The notes under the pieces are model-generated. The model searched no databases. It was not told the DNA's origin and worked only from the letters and a program-made list of their open reading frames with translations. Shown here one piece after another: positions 9,834 through 20,106 of a stretch of 64,000 nucleotides of DNA. Within the stretch, counting starts at the first letter, position 1. Every line of letters begins with the position of its first letter. The DNA is from an uncultured delta proteobacterium (GTDB taxonomy: Bacteria > Desulfobacterota > Desulfobacteria > Desulfobacterales > QNYZ01): positions 1,024,001 to 1,088,000 of the forward strand of contig CAWJQU010000005.1 in the NCBI GenBank assembly GCA_963845145.1, given 5' to 3'. The translations under genes were made by a program, and so were the position numbers.

Positions 9834-11201
9834 TTATCCGAATAATTTCTCGATCAATTCCCGGGGTAGAATTTTCTTTTCAAGGGCGGTTTCACGCACG
9901 GTGCGTCCGGTTGCAAATGCCTGCTTAGCGATTTCTGCCGCCCGATCATAACCGATATGGGGAACCAGCGCCGTTGCCATCGCCAGGCTTTGGTCGATGT
10001 TGTTTCGACAGCGTTCACGATTGGGCGAAACTCCCGATACACATTTATTGCCCAGTATTTTAGCAGCACCGGCAAGCAAGTCAACGGATTGTAGCAAATT
10101 ATAGGCAATTAAAGGCATGGCCACATTCAATTCAAATCGACCCGATTGCGCGCCCAACATAATGGCCGTATCGTTGCCCATCACCTGGTAGGCGATTTGG
10201 ATCACCGCTTCAGGAATCACCGGATTGACTTTTCCGGGCATAATAGAAGACCCGGGTTGCAGAGCAGGCAGATTCAATTCACCGAGGCCGCAACGCGGAC
10301 CCGAGCCGAGCCAGCGAATATCCCCTGCAATTTTCACCAACCCGGCGGCAATTGTTTTTAATATACCGCTGATTTCCATGGCGGCATCCCTGGCGGCCTG
10401 GGCTTCAAAGTGATTTTTCGCTTCGGTTAAGGGAAGGCCCGTTTGGTCGGCGAGATGTAAGATCACCCGCGACGCAAAAGATGGGTGCGTGTTGATTCCG
10501 GTTCCGACGGCCGTTCCACCAAGGGCCAGTTCGTATAATCGTGGCAAACTTTGTTCGATTCGTTTAATACCGAGTTCGATCTGACGGGCATAGGCGGAAA
10601 ATTCATCTCCCAGGGTGATGGGTACTGCATCTTGCAAATGGGTTCGACCGATTTTTTTAATTGTAGCAAATTCACTGGATTTAGCTTGAAGTTTTATCAG
10701 CAGCTGGTTCATGGCGGGTATTAGCCTGCCGGTAATTTCACCAGCGGCGGCCAGGTGAAGAACCGTGGGAACGACATCGTTGCTGGACTGGCCGAGATTA
10801 ACGTGATCGTTTGGATGAATAGGCGACCGACCAGCTCGTCGCCCTGTCAGGATTTCATTAGCCCGGGAAGCCAGCACTTCGTTCATGTTCATATTGGTTG
10901 ACGTACCGGACCCGGTCTGAAAAAGATCCACAACAAATTGGTCGTCGAGTTGCCCTGCTATCACTTCATCGGCAGCCTGGACAATCGCGTTAGCACTATC
11001 ACCATCCAGCAAACCAAGGTCGGCATTGACCCGGGCCGCCCATTTTTTCACCATCGCCAACTGATGAATAAAAACCGGTGGCAATTTTAACCCACTATTC
11101 GTAAAATTATCAACAGCCCGTTGGGTTTGAGCGCCGTAATAGGCATCCACGGGTACGTTGATGGTTCCCATGCTGTCTTTTTCTTCGCGAAAGGTCATCA
11201 T
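9834..11201 (-). CDS. fumC: Class II fumarate hydratase
   Basis: QTGSGTSTNMN, QSSND, GRTHLQDA, GSSIMPGKVNP signature. Confidence 0.92.
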   Translation of the reverse strand: MMTFREEKDSMGTINVPVDAYYGAQTQRAVDNFTNSGLKLPPVFIHQLAMVKKWAARVNADLGLLDGDSANAIVQAADEVIAGQLDDQFVVDLFQTGSGTSTNMNMNEVLASRANEILTGRRAGRSPIHPNDHVNLGQSSNDVVPTVLHLAAAGEITGRLIPAMNQLLIKLQAKSSEFATIKKIGRTHLQDAVPITLGDEFSAYARQIELGIKRIEQSLPRLYELALGGTAVGTGINTHPSFASRVILHLADQTGLPLTEAKNHFEAQAARDAAMEISGILKTIAAGLVKIAGDIRWLGSGPRCGLGELNLPALQPGSSIMPGKVNPVIPEAVIQIAYQVMGNDTAIMLGAQSGRFELNVAMPLIAYNLLQSVDLLAGAAKILGNKCVSGVSPNRERCRNNIDQSLAMATALVPHIGYDRAAEIAKQAFATGRTVRETALEKKILPRELIEKLFG

Positions 11202-11230
11202 TTTTGTTTTTTAGTGGAATATGTCTTATA

Positions 11231-11249
11231 TGCAATAATAATCATTAAA
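11231..11249. promoter_or_regulatory. Fur-box-like site upstream of fumC
   Basis: tgcaataataatcattaaa matches 13/19 of GATAATGATAATCATTATC, 30 bp upstream of the fumC start. Confidence 0.4.
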
Positions 11250-11315
11250 TCAGTGTGTCAAAATACCAGATAGAGCCGAGCCCGATGGTCGAAAAAGTTG
11301 AACACGTAAAAAGCG

Positions 11316-12104
11316 TTAACCCTCTTTTAAAAATTCCAGCACCGAATCATTAAATCTATCCGCCTGTTCGATATTTGACAGATGGGCGGCGGATGGTAAA
11401 ATAACCAGCTTGGAATTTCGAATTTCGCGATGGATGGCCTCGGCTGCATCAACCGGCGTGCCGGGGTCGTCTTCACCTACGATAATCAGCGTATCGTGTT
11501 GGATTTCTGACAGGCGGTGAAGGTAATCGAGTCCCAGAATGGCATGGCTGCATCCGATATAACCTGCCACGGGAGTCGCCAGAATTTGCTCGCGGATCGG
11601 TTTTACCACGGATTGATTTTTGCTCAGAAACGGGGCAGTAAACCAGCGGGCCATTGTTTCGTCGGCCAGAGATCCCATGCCCTTGTCACGAGCGATGTTC
11701 ATGCGCTCACGGAATAAGGGCTTGGCCTCTTCCGACACGATGGGGGCAGTATCGCAAAGGACGAGTCGTGCAAACCGATTCGGATAATCCAACGCCAGCC
11801 CCTGACCGATCATGCCCCCGATAGAGAGGCCGACGAAATGGGCGCGTTGAATATCCAGGACGTCCATTAAACCGATGATATCCTTTCCGAGGTGTTCAAG
11901 CGTGTAAGCCCCTTCGGTTGCATCGCTGTCGCCATGCCCCCGCATATCGTAGCGCAGTACTCTGAAATGGGGTTCCAACACACGCAATTGCGGTTCCCAC
12001 ATAACCATACTTGAAGCCAAGGAGTGACCGAGGACAACTACCGGTCGGTTTGATTGACCTGAAATTTCAAAATTGATTTTGATTCCGTTAGCTTCGATTT
12101 GCAT
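11316..12104 (-). CDS. pcaD: Alpha/beta hydrolase, 3-oxoadipate enol-lactonase family
   Basis: RYDMRGHG, GLSIGG nucleophile elbow, AAHLSNIEQ. Confidence 0.75.
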   Translation of the reverse strand: MQIEANGIKINFEISGQSNRPVVVLGHSLASSMVMWEPQLRVLEPHFRVLRYDMRGHGDSDATEGAYTLEHLGKDIIGLMDVLDIQRAHFVGLSIGGMIGQGLALDYPNRFARLVLCDTAPIVSEEAKPLFRERMNIARDKGMGSLADETMARWFTAPFLSKNQSVVKPIREQILATPVAGYIGCSHAILGLDYLHRLSEIQHDTLIIVGEDDPGTPVDAAEAIHREIRNSKLVILPSAAHLSNIEQADRFNDSVLEFLKEG

Positions 12105-12322
12105 GCACGCTCTCCTTCTTATGGTAACAAATCATTTTTGTCATGTTTCAAGCTTTTATAGGATAGTATTTATACGGCATCATTCCGGGCTTCGGAAGAA
12201 CGCAGCATCAAATATACGGCTATCGATCGTGATGATGATCTATGATATCATTCAATACTTATGGTCACAACATTTACAAAAAATTTGGTGAAATGCATGG
12301 TAGTTGCGAAAAGGACCTCTTA

Positions 12323-12946
12323 ATGATCCATTTTTTGACCATTGGAATCATTTTGGGCGTTTCCGCGGGTTTTGCGCCGGGTCCCCTTTTGGCCCTCGTC
12401 ATTTCAGAAACGCTCCAGCATGATATTAAAGCCGGTGTGAAAGTAGCGCTTGCGCCAATTGTCACCGATATCCCGATAATTATTTTAACGATCTTCATCC
12501 TGGCCAAATTATCAAATTTCCAAAACATATTGGGCATTATTTCATTGATTGGCGGGGTCGTTATTTTATTTATGGGTTATGAAAGTATACGGACACGAGG
12601 CGTTGATATCAATTTCCAGGGGGGAGCGCCAAAGTCCCTTATAAAAGGGATTTTGGCCAATGCACTCAGCCCCCATCCTTATTTATTCTGGTTGAGTGTG
12701 GGCGCGCCGATTATAACGAAGGCGATGAACCACAGCGTGTTTGCACCGGTGGCTTTTATTGGTAGTTTTCTGACACTATTGGTGGGGGCAAAAATCCTGC
12801 TTGCGATTGTGGTCGGCAAATCAAAAACATTTTTACGCGGGAAGGTTTACATCTATACCATGCGTTTCCTTGGCTTGGTATTATGCGTTTTGGCGCTGAC
12901 TCTTTTTTATGACGGTTTCAAGCTTCTGGAAATAGTAAAGGCCTGA
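12323..12946 (+). CDS. LysE family exporter
   Basis: GFAPGP motif, ANALSPHPYLFW, hydrophobic throughout. Confidence 0.85.
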   Translation: MIHFLTIGIILGVSAGFAPGPLLALVISETLQHDIKAGVKVALAPIVTDIPIIILTIFILAKLSNFQNILGIISLIGGVVILFMGYESIRTRGVDINFQGGAPKSLIKGILANALSPHPYLFWLSVGAPIITKAMNHSVFAPVAFIGSFLTLLVGAKILLAIVVGKSKTFLRGKVYIYTMRFLGLVLCVLALTLFYDGFKLLEIVKA

Positions 12947-12959
12947 TAATTAGTAGACC

Positions 12960-15440
12960 TTATTGAATATAATTGGAAATCATGGCCGTTAATTCAGTAT
13001 GTCCCCGTTGGATGGCAAGGTCGGCACCGGTTTGATTGTTGTTATTTTTCAAAGAGAGATCGGCGCCCGTTAAAAGAATGTGTTTGCCGATTTCGGTATG
13101 GCCTTCAAAAGCGGCAAACATAAGCGGTGTCCAGCCGTCTCGGTCTTTCCGGTTCGGATCGGCGCCAGCGGATAAAAGCCTGCGAACAATATTTGTATGA
13201 CCGTTCCAGGCTGCCGCCATCAGCGGGGTGCGGCCATCCCTGTCAGCAAGATTCCATCTGGCCCCACGTCTCAATAACCTATCAACAATTTCATTATGTC
13301 CCCTAATTGCGGCATAAAACAGGGCGGTCCGTCCTTCCTGGTTTTGGATATTTACCCTGGCATTGCGACTAAGCAGCCATTCTGTTGTCGCAACATCTCC
13401 TTTCCAGGCCGCTTTTATAAGGGCCGTCTCGCCGGAAGGCGTGGGCTGATTAATCGTGGCGCCCCCGTCCACAAGAAGTTGAACAATTTTAAGGAACCCT
13501 TTTTCGACCGCAGCGATCAGGGCGGATTGATCTTTAGAAAAAATGGTATTTGGGTCGGCGCCATCGGATAAGGCTTGCCGCACTAAGTTGATATGGCCAT
13601 TACGAATTGCACTGACCAGGCTTATGGTTGACGGGTTCAGCTTTTTGATTGTTATCGTTTTTATGGGGGTTGCCGGTTTAATGTTTTTAACCGTAACATG
13701 CTTATTCCCAGCAGGTTTGGTGGCCTTTTTCAGATCCGGAGGAGGCACGTTATTTTCAATGTGCATGGTTTCTTGTTTGAGAATCGGAAGGGTACCTGTC
13801 TGAAAAAGGGGTTTATTTTTGCCGGGATTGGCCCTCTTGCTTGTTGTGGCAAGGAGTTCTTCGTTTTGCGCAGGTTTTTCGGAATGGGCTGTTTCGTTTG
13901 AAGCCGATATATCAGGGGCGGTAAATATTTGGTCGATTTGGATTGGTTCTTCTGCTTTTTCAAGAATAGCGCCTGATATCTTTACTACTTTTTTAGCCCA
14001 GCGAGAGCGATTTTGAATAGTTGATGCCGGCAAGCCTAATGTGACTTGCGAACTTGGTATAACTTCCGAACCTGATATGATTTCTAAACCTGGTTTGGCT
14101 TCCGAGCCCGGTATGACTTCCGAACCGGGTTTGACATCCAAACCGGGTTTGACTTCCAAATCGGGTTTAAATTCCGCAATGATTGTGTCGGGCCCAATTT
14201 CCAAATTTTTTGTCAAAGCCTGGCCGGTGGGAAGAGGGGCGACGGATGTGGGCGTGAAAGTATGTGGCCGCGAAGGTAGCCAAACATAACCGAACGCGGC
14301 GGCGATCAAAAGGTAGGCCACTGCCCATCCCCAAGGCCGGAAGCGCGGCCTTGGGAGAACAGGCCGGTGATTCAAAAAGCCGATAAAGTCTTTTTTCCGC
14401 CGCCGGAATGCCATCTGCCATAGGGTTAGGTATTTTCGGAAAAATGGCGATTTGGATTTCCGAGGAACAGTCACCATGCCTTGGTAGCGGTGGGACTGCT
14501 GCACCGGTACTTTCTTTATAGATGATGGGTCAAAGCCCTCATTCTCAGGTCTCTTCCTTAAATTTGATTTGAGAATAGTCGATTCCGTTTTCAGAGCTCG
14601 TTTCGTTTCGGGCTCATCCCCCACTGTACGAAGGATATATGCGGATATATCGTGAATATCTATAGGTGTTACCGATTGTCCGACATGCGCGACAGTTGTG
14701 AACATTGCCAGGTCGCATATCGTTACCACGCGACGGGGGATTCCGCCGGATAAAGAAAAAATCGTACGTAGCGTCTGATCGCTAAAAAGTGCCGGCCCGA
14801 AATACGCCGCTTTTTTCAGACGATGCGCAATCATCTTGCGACACTCATCAAAGCTCATTCGCGTCAAGCGGCAATGACGGAAGGGGTCGGCAACATTATG
14901 CAATGATTCTGCTTTAATAAGGCGCTGGTTTAATTCAGCTTGACCAGATAAAATAATCGTGACGCCAATTCCCTGGGTTTTCAGAACATCGCGCCACGAG
15001 AAGAGTTCATTTAAAGTCTTACTACCCAGGCATTGGGCTTCATCGATAATCAGTACGGGTAGCATTTTATTTTCGACACAGCTTTTTAAGTCTGCGGTAA
15101 TACGACGATTAAGATCCTTGGCAAGGGAATTGACTCCGGGAGTTCTCAGGGTTTGTGCAATGGCGAGTTGCAGTTCCGGCCAATTCTCCAGGGTCTGGCT
15201 GATGAGAGACCAATGCGCTTTTTGGTGCGTTGAATGGATATTCTCGGACATCAGGTAGTGAATCAGCGTGGTTTTACCCGTACCCGCCTCACCGCTCAGG
15301 ACAACACAGGGCGCTTGTTGTTCAATGCCCTGATTGATGCAATCCGCTGCCTTTCGAGCGGTATCCGTCATGTAATAAAAAACCGGGTCCGTTGTGTTGC
15401 TGAAAGGTTTTGCAGATAGTTTTAAGTCTTTAAAAAACAT
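12960..15440 (-). CDS. ExeA/GspA-like AAA ATPase with TM helix, low-complexity linker and C-terminal ankyrin repeats
   Basis: PFSNTTDP, GEAGTGKT Walker A, LIIDEAQ Walker B, SGGIPRRV; TM WAVAYLLIAAAFGYVW; about 6 ankyrin units (GRTPLMAAAWNGH, GWTPLMFAAFEGH). Confidence 0.85.
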   Translation of the reverse strand: MFFKDLKLSAKPFSNTTDPVFYYMTDTARKAADCINQGIEQQAPCVVLSGEAGTGKTTLIHYLMSENIHSTHQKAHWSLISQTLENWPELQLAIAQTLRTPGVNSLAKDLNRRITADLKSCVENKMLPVLIIDEAQCLGSKTLNELFSWRDVLKTQGIGVTIILSGQAELNQRLIKAESLHNVADPFRHCRLTRMSFDECRKMIAHRLKKAAYFGPALFSDQTLRTIFSLSGGIPRRVVTICDLAMFTTVAHVGQSVTPIDIHDISAYILRTVGDEPETKRALKTESTILKSNLRKRPENEGFDPSSIKKVPVQQSHRYQGMVTVPRKSKSPFFRKYLTLWQMAFRRRKKDFIGFLNHRPVLPRPRFRPWGWAVAYLLIAAAFGYVWLPSRPHTFTPTSVAPLPTGQALTKNLEIGPDTIIAEFKPDLEVKPGLDVKPGSEVIPGSEAKPGLEIISGSEVIPSSQVTLGLPASTIQNRSRWAKKVVKISGAILEKAEEPIQIDQIFTAPDISASNETAHSEKPAQNEELLATTSKRANPGKNKPLFQTGTLPILKQETMHIENNVPPPDLKKATKPAGNKHVTVKNIKPATPIKTITIKKLNPSTISLVSAIRNGHINLVRQALSDGADPNTIFSKDQSALIAAVEKGFLKIVQLLVDGGATINQPTPSGETALIKAAWKGDVATTEWLLSRNARVNIQNQEGRTALFYAAIRGHNEIVDRLLRRGARWNLADRDGRTPLMAAAWNGHTNIVRRLLSAGADPNRKDRDGWTPLMFAAFEGHTEIGKHILLTGADLSLKNNNNQTGADLAIQRGHTELTAMISNYIQ
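14042..14168 (-). repeat. 18-bp coding tandem repeat (about 7 units)
   Basis: KPDLEV-KPGLDV-KPGSEV-IPGSEA-KPGLEI-ISGSEV-IPSSQV. Confidence 0.8.
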
Positions 15441-15467
15441 AGCAGGCTATTTATTATTTTGGTTTTC

Positions 15468-15992
15468 CTAATTTTCTATGAAAAGTTCCACGCGTCGGTT
15501 GCGTGCCCTTCCCTCAGGGTTGTCCGATCCGTCAGGATTTGTGTTAGGCACAAGCGGCCGACTTTCGCCGAAATTCCGAACAACGATGCGCTCTTTTTGC
15601 ACGCCGCTAAAAATCAGCTCCCGGGCAACACTGTTTGCCCGTCGCTGTGAAAGGTCGAGGTTGTATTGTTGAGAACCCATTGCGTCGGTATGGCCTTCCA
15701 CAGCAATATCGCGCTGATTGTATTGGGGTGCATTAACAACGGTGGCGATTTGGTGCATTTTTGCCCGCGCACCCGGTTTCATGCGATCATTGTCATAATC
15801 AAACAGCAATATCTCCGGAAAATAAATCGCGACGCCCCTCGTTGTTTCCTCTACTTTAAGGTCAAGATTTTCGAACGCGGCGACCATTTGGCGGTTTTGC
15901 TCGGCTACCTTCTCATTTAAATGCTTGCCTTGGGTGGCACAACCCGTGGCGACAATAAGTGTAATGGCGATGCAGATAAGGCTCGTTCTCAT
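15468..15992 (-). CDS. OmpA-family peptidoglycan-binding lipoprotein
   Basis: Lipobox-like ATGC; EGHTD, NLDLSQRRA, NRRVE motifs. Confidence 0.9.
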   Translation of the reverse strand: MRTSLICIAITLIVATGCATQGKHLNEKVAEQNRQMVAAFENLDLKVEETTRGVAIYFPEILLFDYDNDRMKPGARAKMHQIATVVNAPQYNQRDIAVEGHTDAMGSQQYNLDLSQRRANSVARELIFSGVQKERIVVRNFGESRPLVPNTNPDGSDNPEGRARNRRVELFIEN

Positions 15993-16124
15993 TAATACCT
16001 CTTTCTCCTCAAAATCAAAATAAGGTGGACTGAATCATTTAACATGACGAAAACCATCGGGTAGGCAACCATAGATCATATATGCGATGTCCCCCGGGTG
16101 GCTGATCTCTCTAATTCGTTTTAA

Positions 16125-16140
16125 AGCAATAAGGATACCA
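16125..16140 (-). promoter_or_regulatory. Sigma-54 (-24/-12) promoter candidate for ompA-exeA
   Basis: Minus strand TGGTAT-CCTTA-TTGCT with correct GG-N10-GC spacing. Confidence 0.55.
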
Positions 16141-16340
16141 TACAGCGAGAATTTAAACGGTTACATTGAAATGTAAGGCAATAAAATAAAATTTCAACAG
16201 CTTATCCATTGTGCGGCAACCGATGTAACGCAATAATCGGATGATCAATTTTGTAGTGACCCGGTACTATCAATCCGGTGCTGTCGATGCGAAACTGTCA
16301 ATATGGTTGACAGATGACGCCTGGAATGTAAACTTGTTTC

Positions 16341-17969
16341 ATGGTCGACATTCTGCTTATCCAGCCACCCATCAGGGATTTTTACCTTACGGCTAAACGA
16401 ACACAGCCCTATGGCTTGGCTTGTATAGCCGGAGCCTTAATCCGGAAAGGCTTTACGACTGAAATCTTTGATGCCCTGGCAACTCGCAAATCCAAGACGT
16501 TGAATTGGCCTTATGAGATGGCGTATCTGGACAAGTTTTACGGTCGTGCGGATCATTCCCCCTTCGCCCTCTTTCATCGTTATCGGCATTTCGGATACAG
16601 TTTTGAGCACATCGGAAAAATTGCCCTGGATTCAGGGGCGTTTCTCGTTGGGATTTCTTCACTTTTCACAGCGTATCAAAATGAGGCTATAAAAACAGCT
16701 GAGATTGTCAAAAAATGGCATCCAAGCGCTAAAATTGTACTGGGCGGGCACCATCCCACCGTTTTCCCCAAAGAAGTGATGGAATCAAGGGCAGTCGATT
16801 TTATTATAGGCGGAGAAGGCGAAGGCGCTCTGCCGCACTTGGCCCAGGCGTTAAAAACGGGCCAAGGCCTTAAGGGGATTCCAGGGCTTGTTTTCCGCGA
16901 TGAAAACGACCATGTTTCAATAAGCACAGCAACCGGTGAGGCCGATCTGGACCAGGCTCCCTTGCCGGCATTGCATTTGGTCAAGCAGGCCTTTTACCAA
17001 AGGGGGGGGCATGGCAGCGCCGTCATTGTTGCCAGCCGGGGGTGTCCTTTGCAGTGCAGCTACTGCAGCCTGGGAGCGGGCTCACCCGTTAAATATCGAC
17101 GGCGTAGCGTGGCGTCCGTGATTGCGGAGATAGAGTATGCGGTGTCCCATCATGACGCCCGGTTCATCGACTTTGAGGATGAAAACCTCTCCCTGGACAA
17201 GCAGTGGTTTTTACATCTTCTATCTGAAATCAGTCGGCGATATGTCTGTAAAGGACTGGAACTTCGGGCGATGAACGGTTTGCTGCCCATCTCCCTGGAC
17301 GATGAGATGATTGTCGCCATGAAGGCGGCAGGCTTTAAAACTTTGAACCTTTCCCTGGGTTCAACATCCGGTAAACAACTGAAAAAATTCAACCGTCCGG
17401 ACGTCCGGACGGGATTTGAAACGGCGCTTGAACTGGCTGAAACCCACTCGCTGGGCGCTGTCGGCTATGTGATCGCCGGGGCACCGGGTCAAAGCGCCGA
17501 GGGGTCCCTTAACGATCTTTTGTATCTGGCCTCCCGCCGGGTACTGGCCGGATTGTCCATTTTTTACCCGGCACCAGGCAGTACGGATTATAAATGGTGC
17601 AAACAGCTGGGAATTCTTCCCGATCATTTTTCACTGTTGCGGTCCAGTTGTCTGCCCGTTTCCCATGAAACCCGTCGAACCGAGTCCGTTACCCTGCTTC
17701 GGATCGCACGCATACTCAATTTTATGAAAGCACTGCGTGATCGCGGGGTGCCTCTTCCCATGCCGGAGTCATTTGCCGATCAAATAACCTTAAACCCCAG
17801 TGATCGAGAGGAAGCGGGCCTGAAGCTTTTAAGCTGGTTTTTAAAAGATGGGTCCATTCGCGGGGTCACGCCGAAGGGCGACATTTATACGCATCAGATA
17901 GACCGCCGGCTTACTGACATGTTTCTTGACGGAATCAGCCGAATCACTGTAAGGGGTAGTATTCGATGA
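16341..17969 (+). CDS. B12-binding-domain radical SAM protein
   Basis: GGHHPT, GEGE, SRGCPLQCSYC (CxxxCxxC), FEDEN. Confidence 0.88.
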   Translation: MVDILLIQPPIRDFYLTAKRTQPYGLACIAGALIRKGFTTEIFDALATRKSKTLNWPYEMAYLDKFYGRADHSPFALFHRYRHFGYSFEHIGKIALDSGAFLVGISSLFTAYQNEAIKTAEIVKKWHPSAKIVLGGHHPTVFPKEVMESRAVDFIIGGEGEGALPHLAQALKTGQGLKGIPGLVFRDENDHVSISTATGEADLDQAPLPALHLVKQAFYQRGGHGSAVIVASRGCPLQCSYCSLGAGSPVKYRRRSVASVIAEIEYAVSHHDARFIDFEDENLSLDKQWFLHLLSEISRRYVCKGLELRAMNGLLPISLDDEMIVAMKAAGFKTLNLSLGSTSGKQLKKFNRPDVRTGFETALELAETHSLGAVGYVIAGAPGQSAEGSLNDLLYLASRRVLAGLSIFYPAPGSTDYKWCKQLGILPDHFSLLRSSCLPVSHETRRTESVTLLRIARILNFMKALRDRGVPLPMPESFADQITLNPSDREEAGLKLLSWFLKDGSIRGVTPKGDIYTHQIDRRLTDMFLDGISRITVRGSIR

Positions 17970-18022
17970 AAACTGGGCGATAAAGACACCCTTAATTGCC
18001 TACTATAATCCGGGAGGTCACA

Positions 18023-19081
18023 ATGCGCACAAAATCAATTTTAAAAGACAGGCTGGACAAAGATGCCTTGATTTGTGCCGAAGGTTATTTGTTCGAATTG
18101 GAGCGCAGGGGGTACCTGCAGGCCGGTGCGTTTGTGCCCGAGGTCGTTTTGGATCACCCTGAAGTTGTCTTGCAGCTTCATCGGGAGTTTTTGCGTGCCG
18201 GCACGGATATCGTGGTAGCCTTTACCTATTATGCCCACCGGGAAAAGCTGCGCATTATTAATAAAGAACACCTTTTGGAAGATATGCAGAAATCCGCCCT
18301 GCGTATGGCCCGTGAAGCACGTGATGAATTCCAGGAGGAACCCATTTTGGTGGCTGGAAATATCTGCAATACCAACATTTATGATGAAAAAGATACCGCC
18401 ACACATCGTGAGGTTAAAAAGATGTTTGATGAACAGGTGGCCTGGGCTTTAGATGCTGACGTTGATTTCATCATCGCCGAAACCCTTGCCCATCACGGTG
18501 AAGCCAAACTGGCTTTAGCATCCATTCGGGAATCCGGGCTTGAAGCCGTGGTGAATCTGGTGGGGCATAGAGAAGGACGGCTACGGGATGGTATTGAGCT
18601 AACGGAAAGCTGCCGGGAACTCGAACAGATGGGTGCTGCAGTGGTGGGATTAAACTGCAATCGGGGACCGGCCACTATGTTACCCTTGGTCAAGGAGATT
18701 CGACAGGCGGTTTCCTGCCATGTGGCTGCCGTGCCAGTGCCTTATCGTACAACCGATGCGCATCCCACTTTTCAATCTCTTGAAGATCCGAGTTGTGGTT
18801 GTATCCCTGACGATCGGCCTTTTCCGGTGGCCTTGGACCCGTTTACCTGTAACCGGTATGAGATGGCCGATTTCGCCAAAAAGGCGATTGAGGCGGATAT
18901 CCGATTTATCGGCGTCTGCTGTGGTGCCGGCCCTCACCATATCCGGGCCATTGCAGAGGCTTTGGGGCGGTCCCCGGAAGCGGGTAAATATTCACCCGAC
19001 ATGTCTAAACATTATGCTCTGGGGTCGGGAGGACGCACCAAAAAGGATAACCTGGATTTTGCAAAAGGGCAAAAGCTGTAA
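18023..19081 (+). CDS. Homocysteine S-methyltransferase (BHMT-like)
   Basis: EGYLFELERRGY, HREFLRAG, GLNC and GVCCG zinc ligands. Confidence 0.88.
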   Translation: MRTKSILKDRLDKDALICAEGYLFELERRGYLQAGAFVPEVVLDHPEVVLQLHREFLRAGTDIVVAFTYYAHREKLRIINKEHLLEDMQKSALRMAREARDEFQEEPILVAGNICNTNIYDEKDTATHREVKKMFDEQVAWALDADVDFIIAETLAHHGEAKLALASIRESGLEAVVNLVGHREGRLRDGIELTESCRELEQMGAAVVGLNCNRGPATMLPLVKEIRQAVSCHVAAVPVPYRTTDAHPTFQSLEDPSCGCIPDDRPFPVALDPFTCNRYEMADFAKKAIEADIRFIGVCCGAGPHHIRAIAEALGRSPEAGKYSPDMSKHYALGSGGRTKKDNLDFAKGQKL

Positions 19082-19099
19082 TGCTGTGGGAATGGGTCA

Positions 19100-19474
19100 A
19101 TGCCTAATAGCCGGCTTGTTTATTCGACCGATAGTGGGCGCATTTGTGCCAGGTGCGGCAATGCCATGTCGGCCTGTACGTGCAAGAAGAAAAACGCAAA
19201 TAAGAATACCGAGTCGACAGGCCATATCAAAAACGACGGGATTATTCGCATCCAACGCGAAACCAAAGGCCGCAAGGGCAAGACCGTAACGGCTATCTAT
19301 GGTTTTGAGACTGATGATACGAAACTGAAAAAAATCGCTGCACGCTTAAAAAGTTGCTGCGGGACGGGTGGGTCGGTGAAATCCGGCGTTATTATCATTC
19401 AGGGCGATCATCGAAAAACGGTGCAGGCGGAATTGGTTAAACAAGGTTACTCAGTAAAGCTGGCTGGGGGGTAA
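19100..19474 (+). CDS. yciH: SUI1-family translation initiation factor
   Basis: LVYST, KGRKGKTVT, CGTGGSVK, IQGDHR. Confidence 0.9.
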   Translation: MPNSRLVYSTDSGRICARCGNAMSACTCKKKNANKNTESTGHIKNDGIIRIQRETKGRKGKTVTAIYGFETDDTKLKKIAARLKSCCGTGGSVKSGVIIIQGDHRKTVQAELVKQGYSVKLAGG

Positions 19475-19756
19475 ACGTTTCGAACGCCTTTTTCGGCATT
19501 GCAGGTGAAAAATGACCTATAATTTCGACCCCGATCAATGGTATGAAAATGAACTTTACATTATCCGGACCAAGGTCAAAGCCGGTAAAATGTCCCATCA
19601 GGCACACGATGAGGCCATTGAGGCGCTGGAGCAAAAGGTTAAAGCGATGTGGGATCGGCTGAATGGATCATACCAAATGCCGAAATAAGCATCCTTTCGA
19701 TCCGAATTACGTCTTCACTAAAAGCATTATACATCCGCATTAATAAGGAGATACCC

Positions 19757-19993
19757 ATGATTCAACTACGCAACAAGGAAACAGGAGCAACCATTGGCGA
19801 AATCAGTGATGAGCAGTTGCAGTTTTTAATCGACCATTTGGAAGAGGAGTTTGAGGAAGATACCGACTATTACCTCAATCGGACAACACTGGACATGTTA
19901 AAAGAGAAGGGATTGGATGGCACGCTTTTGACCCTTCTTGAAAATGCGTTTGGGGATCATGACGAGATAGAGGTCGAATGGTCGCGAAGTTAG
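19757..19993 (+). CDS. Small acidic hypothetical protein
   Basis: AAGGAG RBS; 78 aa MIQLRNKETG...LQFLIDHLEEE. Confidence 0.7.
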   Translation: MIQLRNKETGATIGEISDEQLQFLIDHLEEEFEEDTDYYLNRTTLDMLKEKGLDGTLLTLLENAFGDHDEIEVEWSRS

Positions 19994-20106
19994 ACCATTT
20001 TAAGCAGTGGGGGGGTGCTAAAAAGAAACAAAATGGCCGGCTGCCCGATGGGAGAACGTGGAGTGAGTATCCCAGGGTGGCCTGAACGCATTGGTTGTAC
20101 CTCTTT

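Noticed and set aside
9553..9834. yybP-ykoY manganese riboswitch upstream of mntP
   Set aside because: The upstream space is occupied by the Cys-rich ORF and no riboswitch motif was recognisable.
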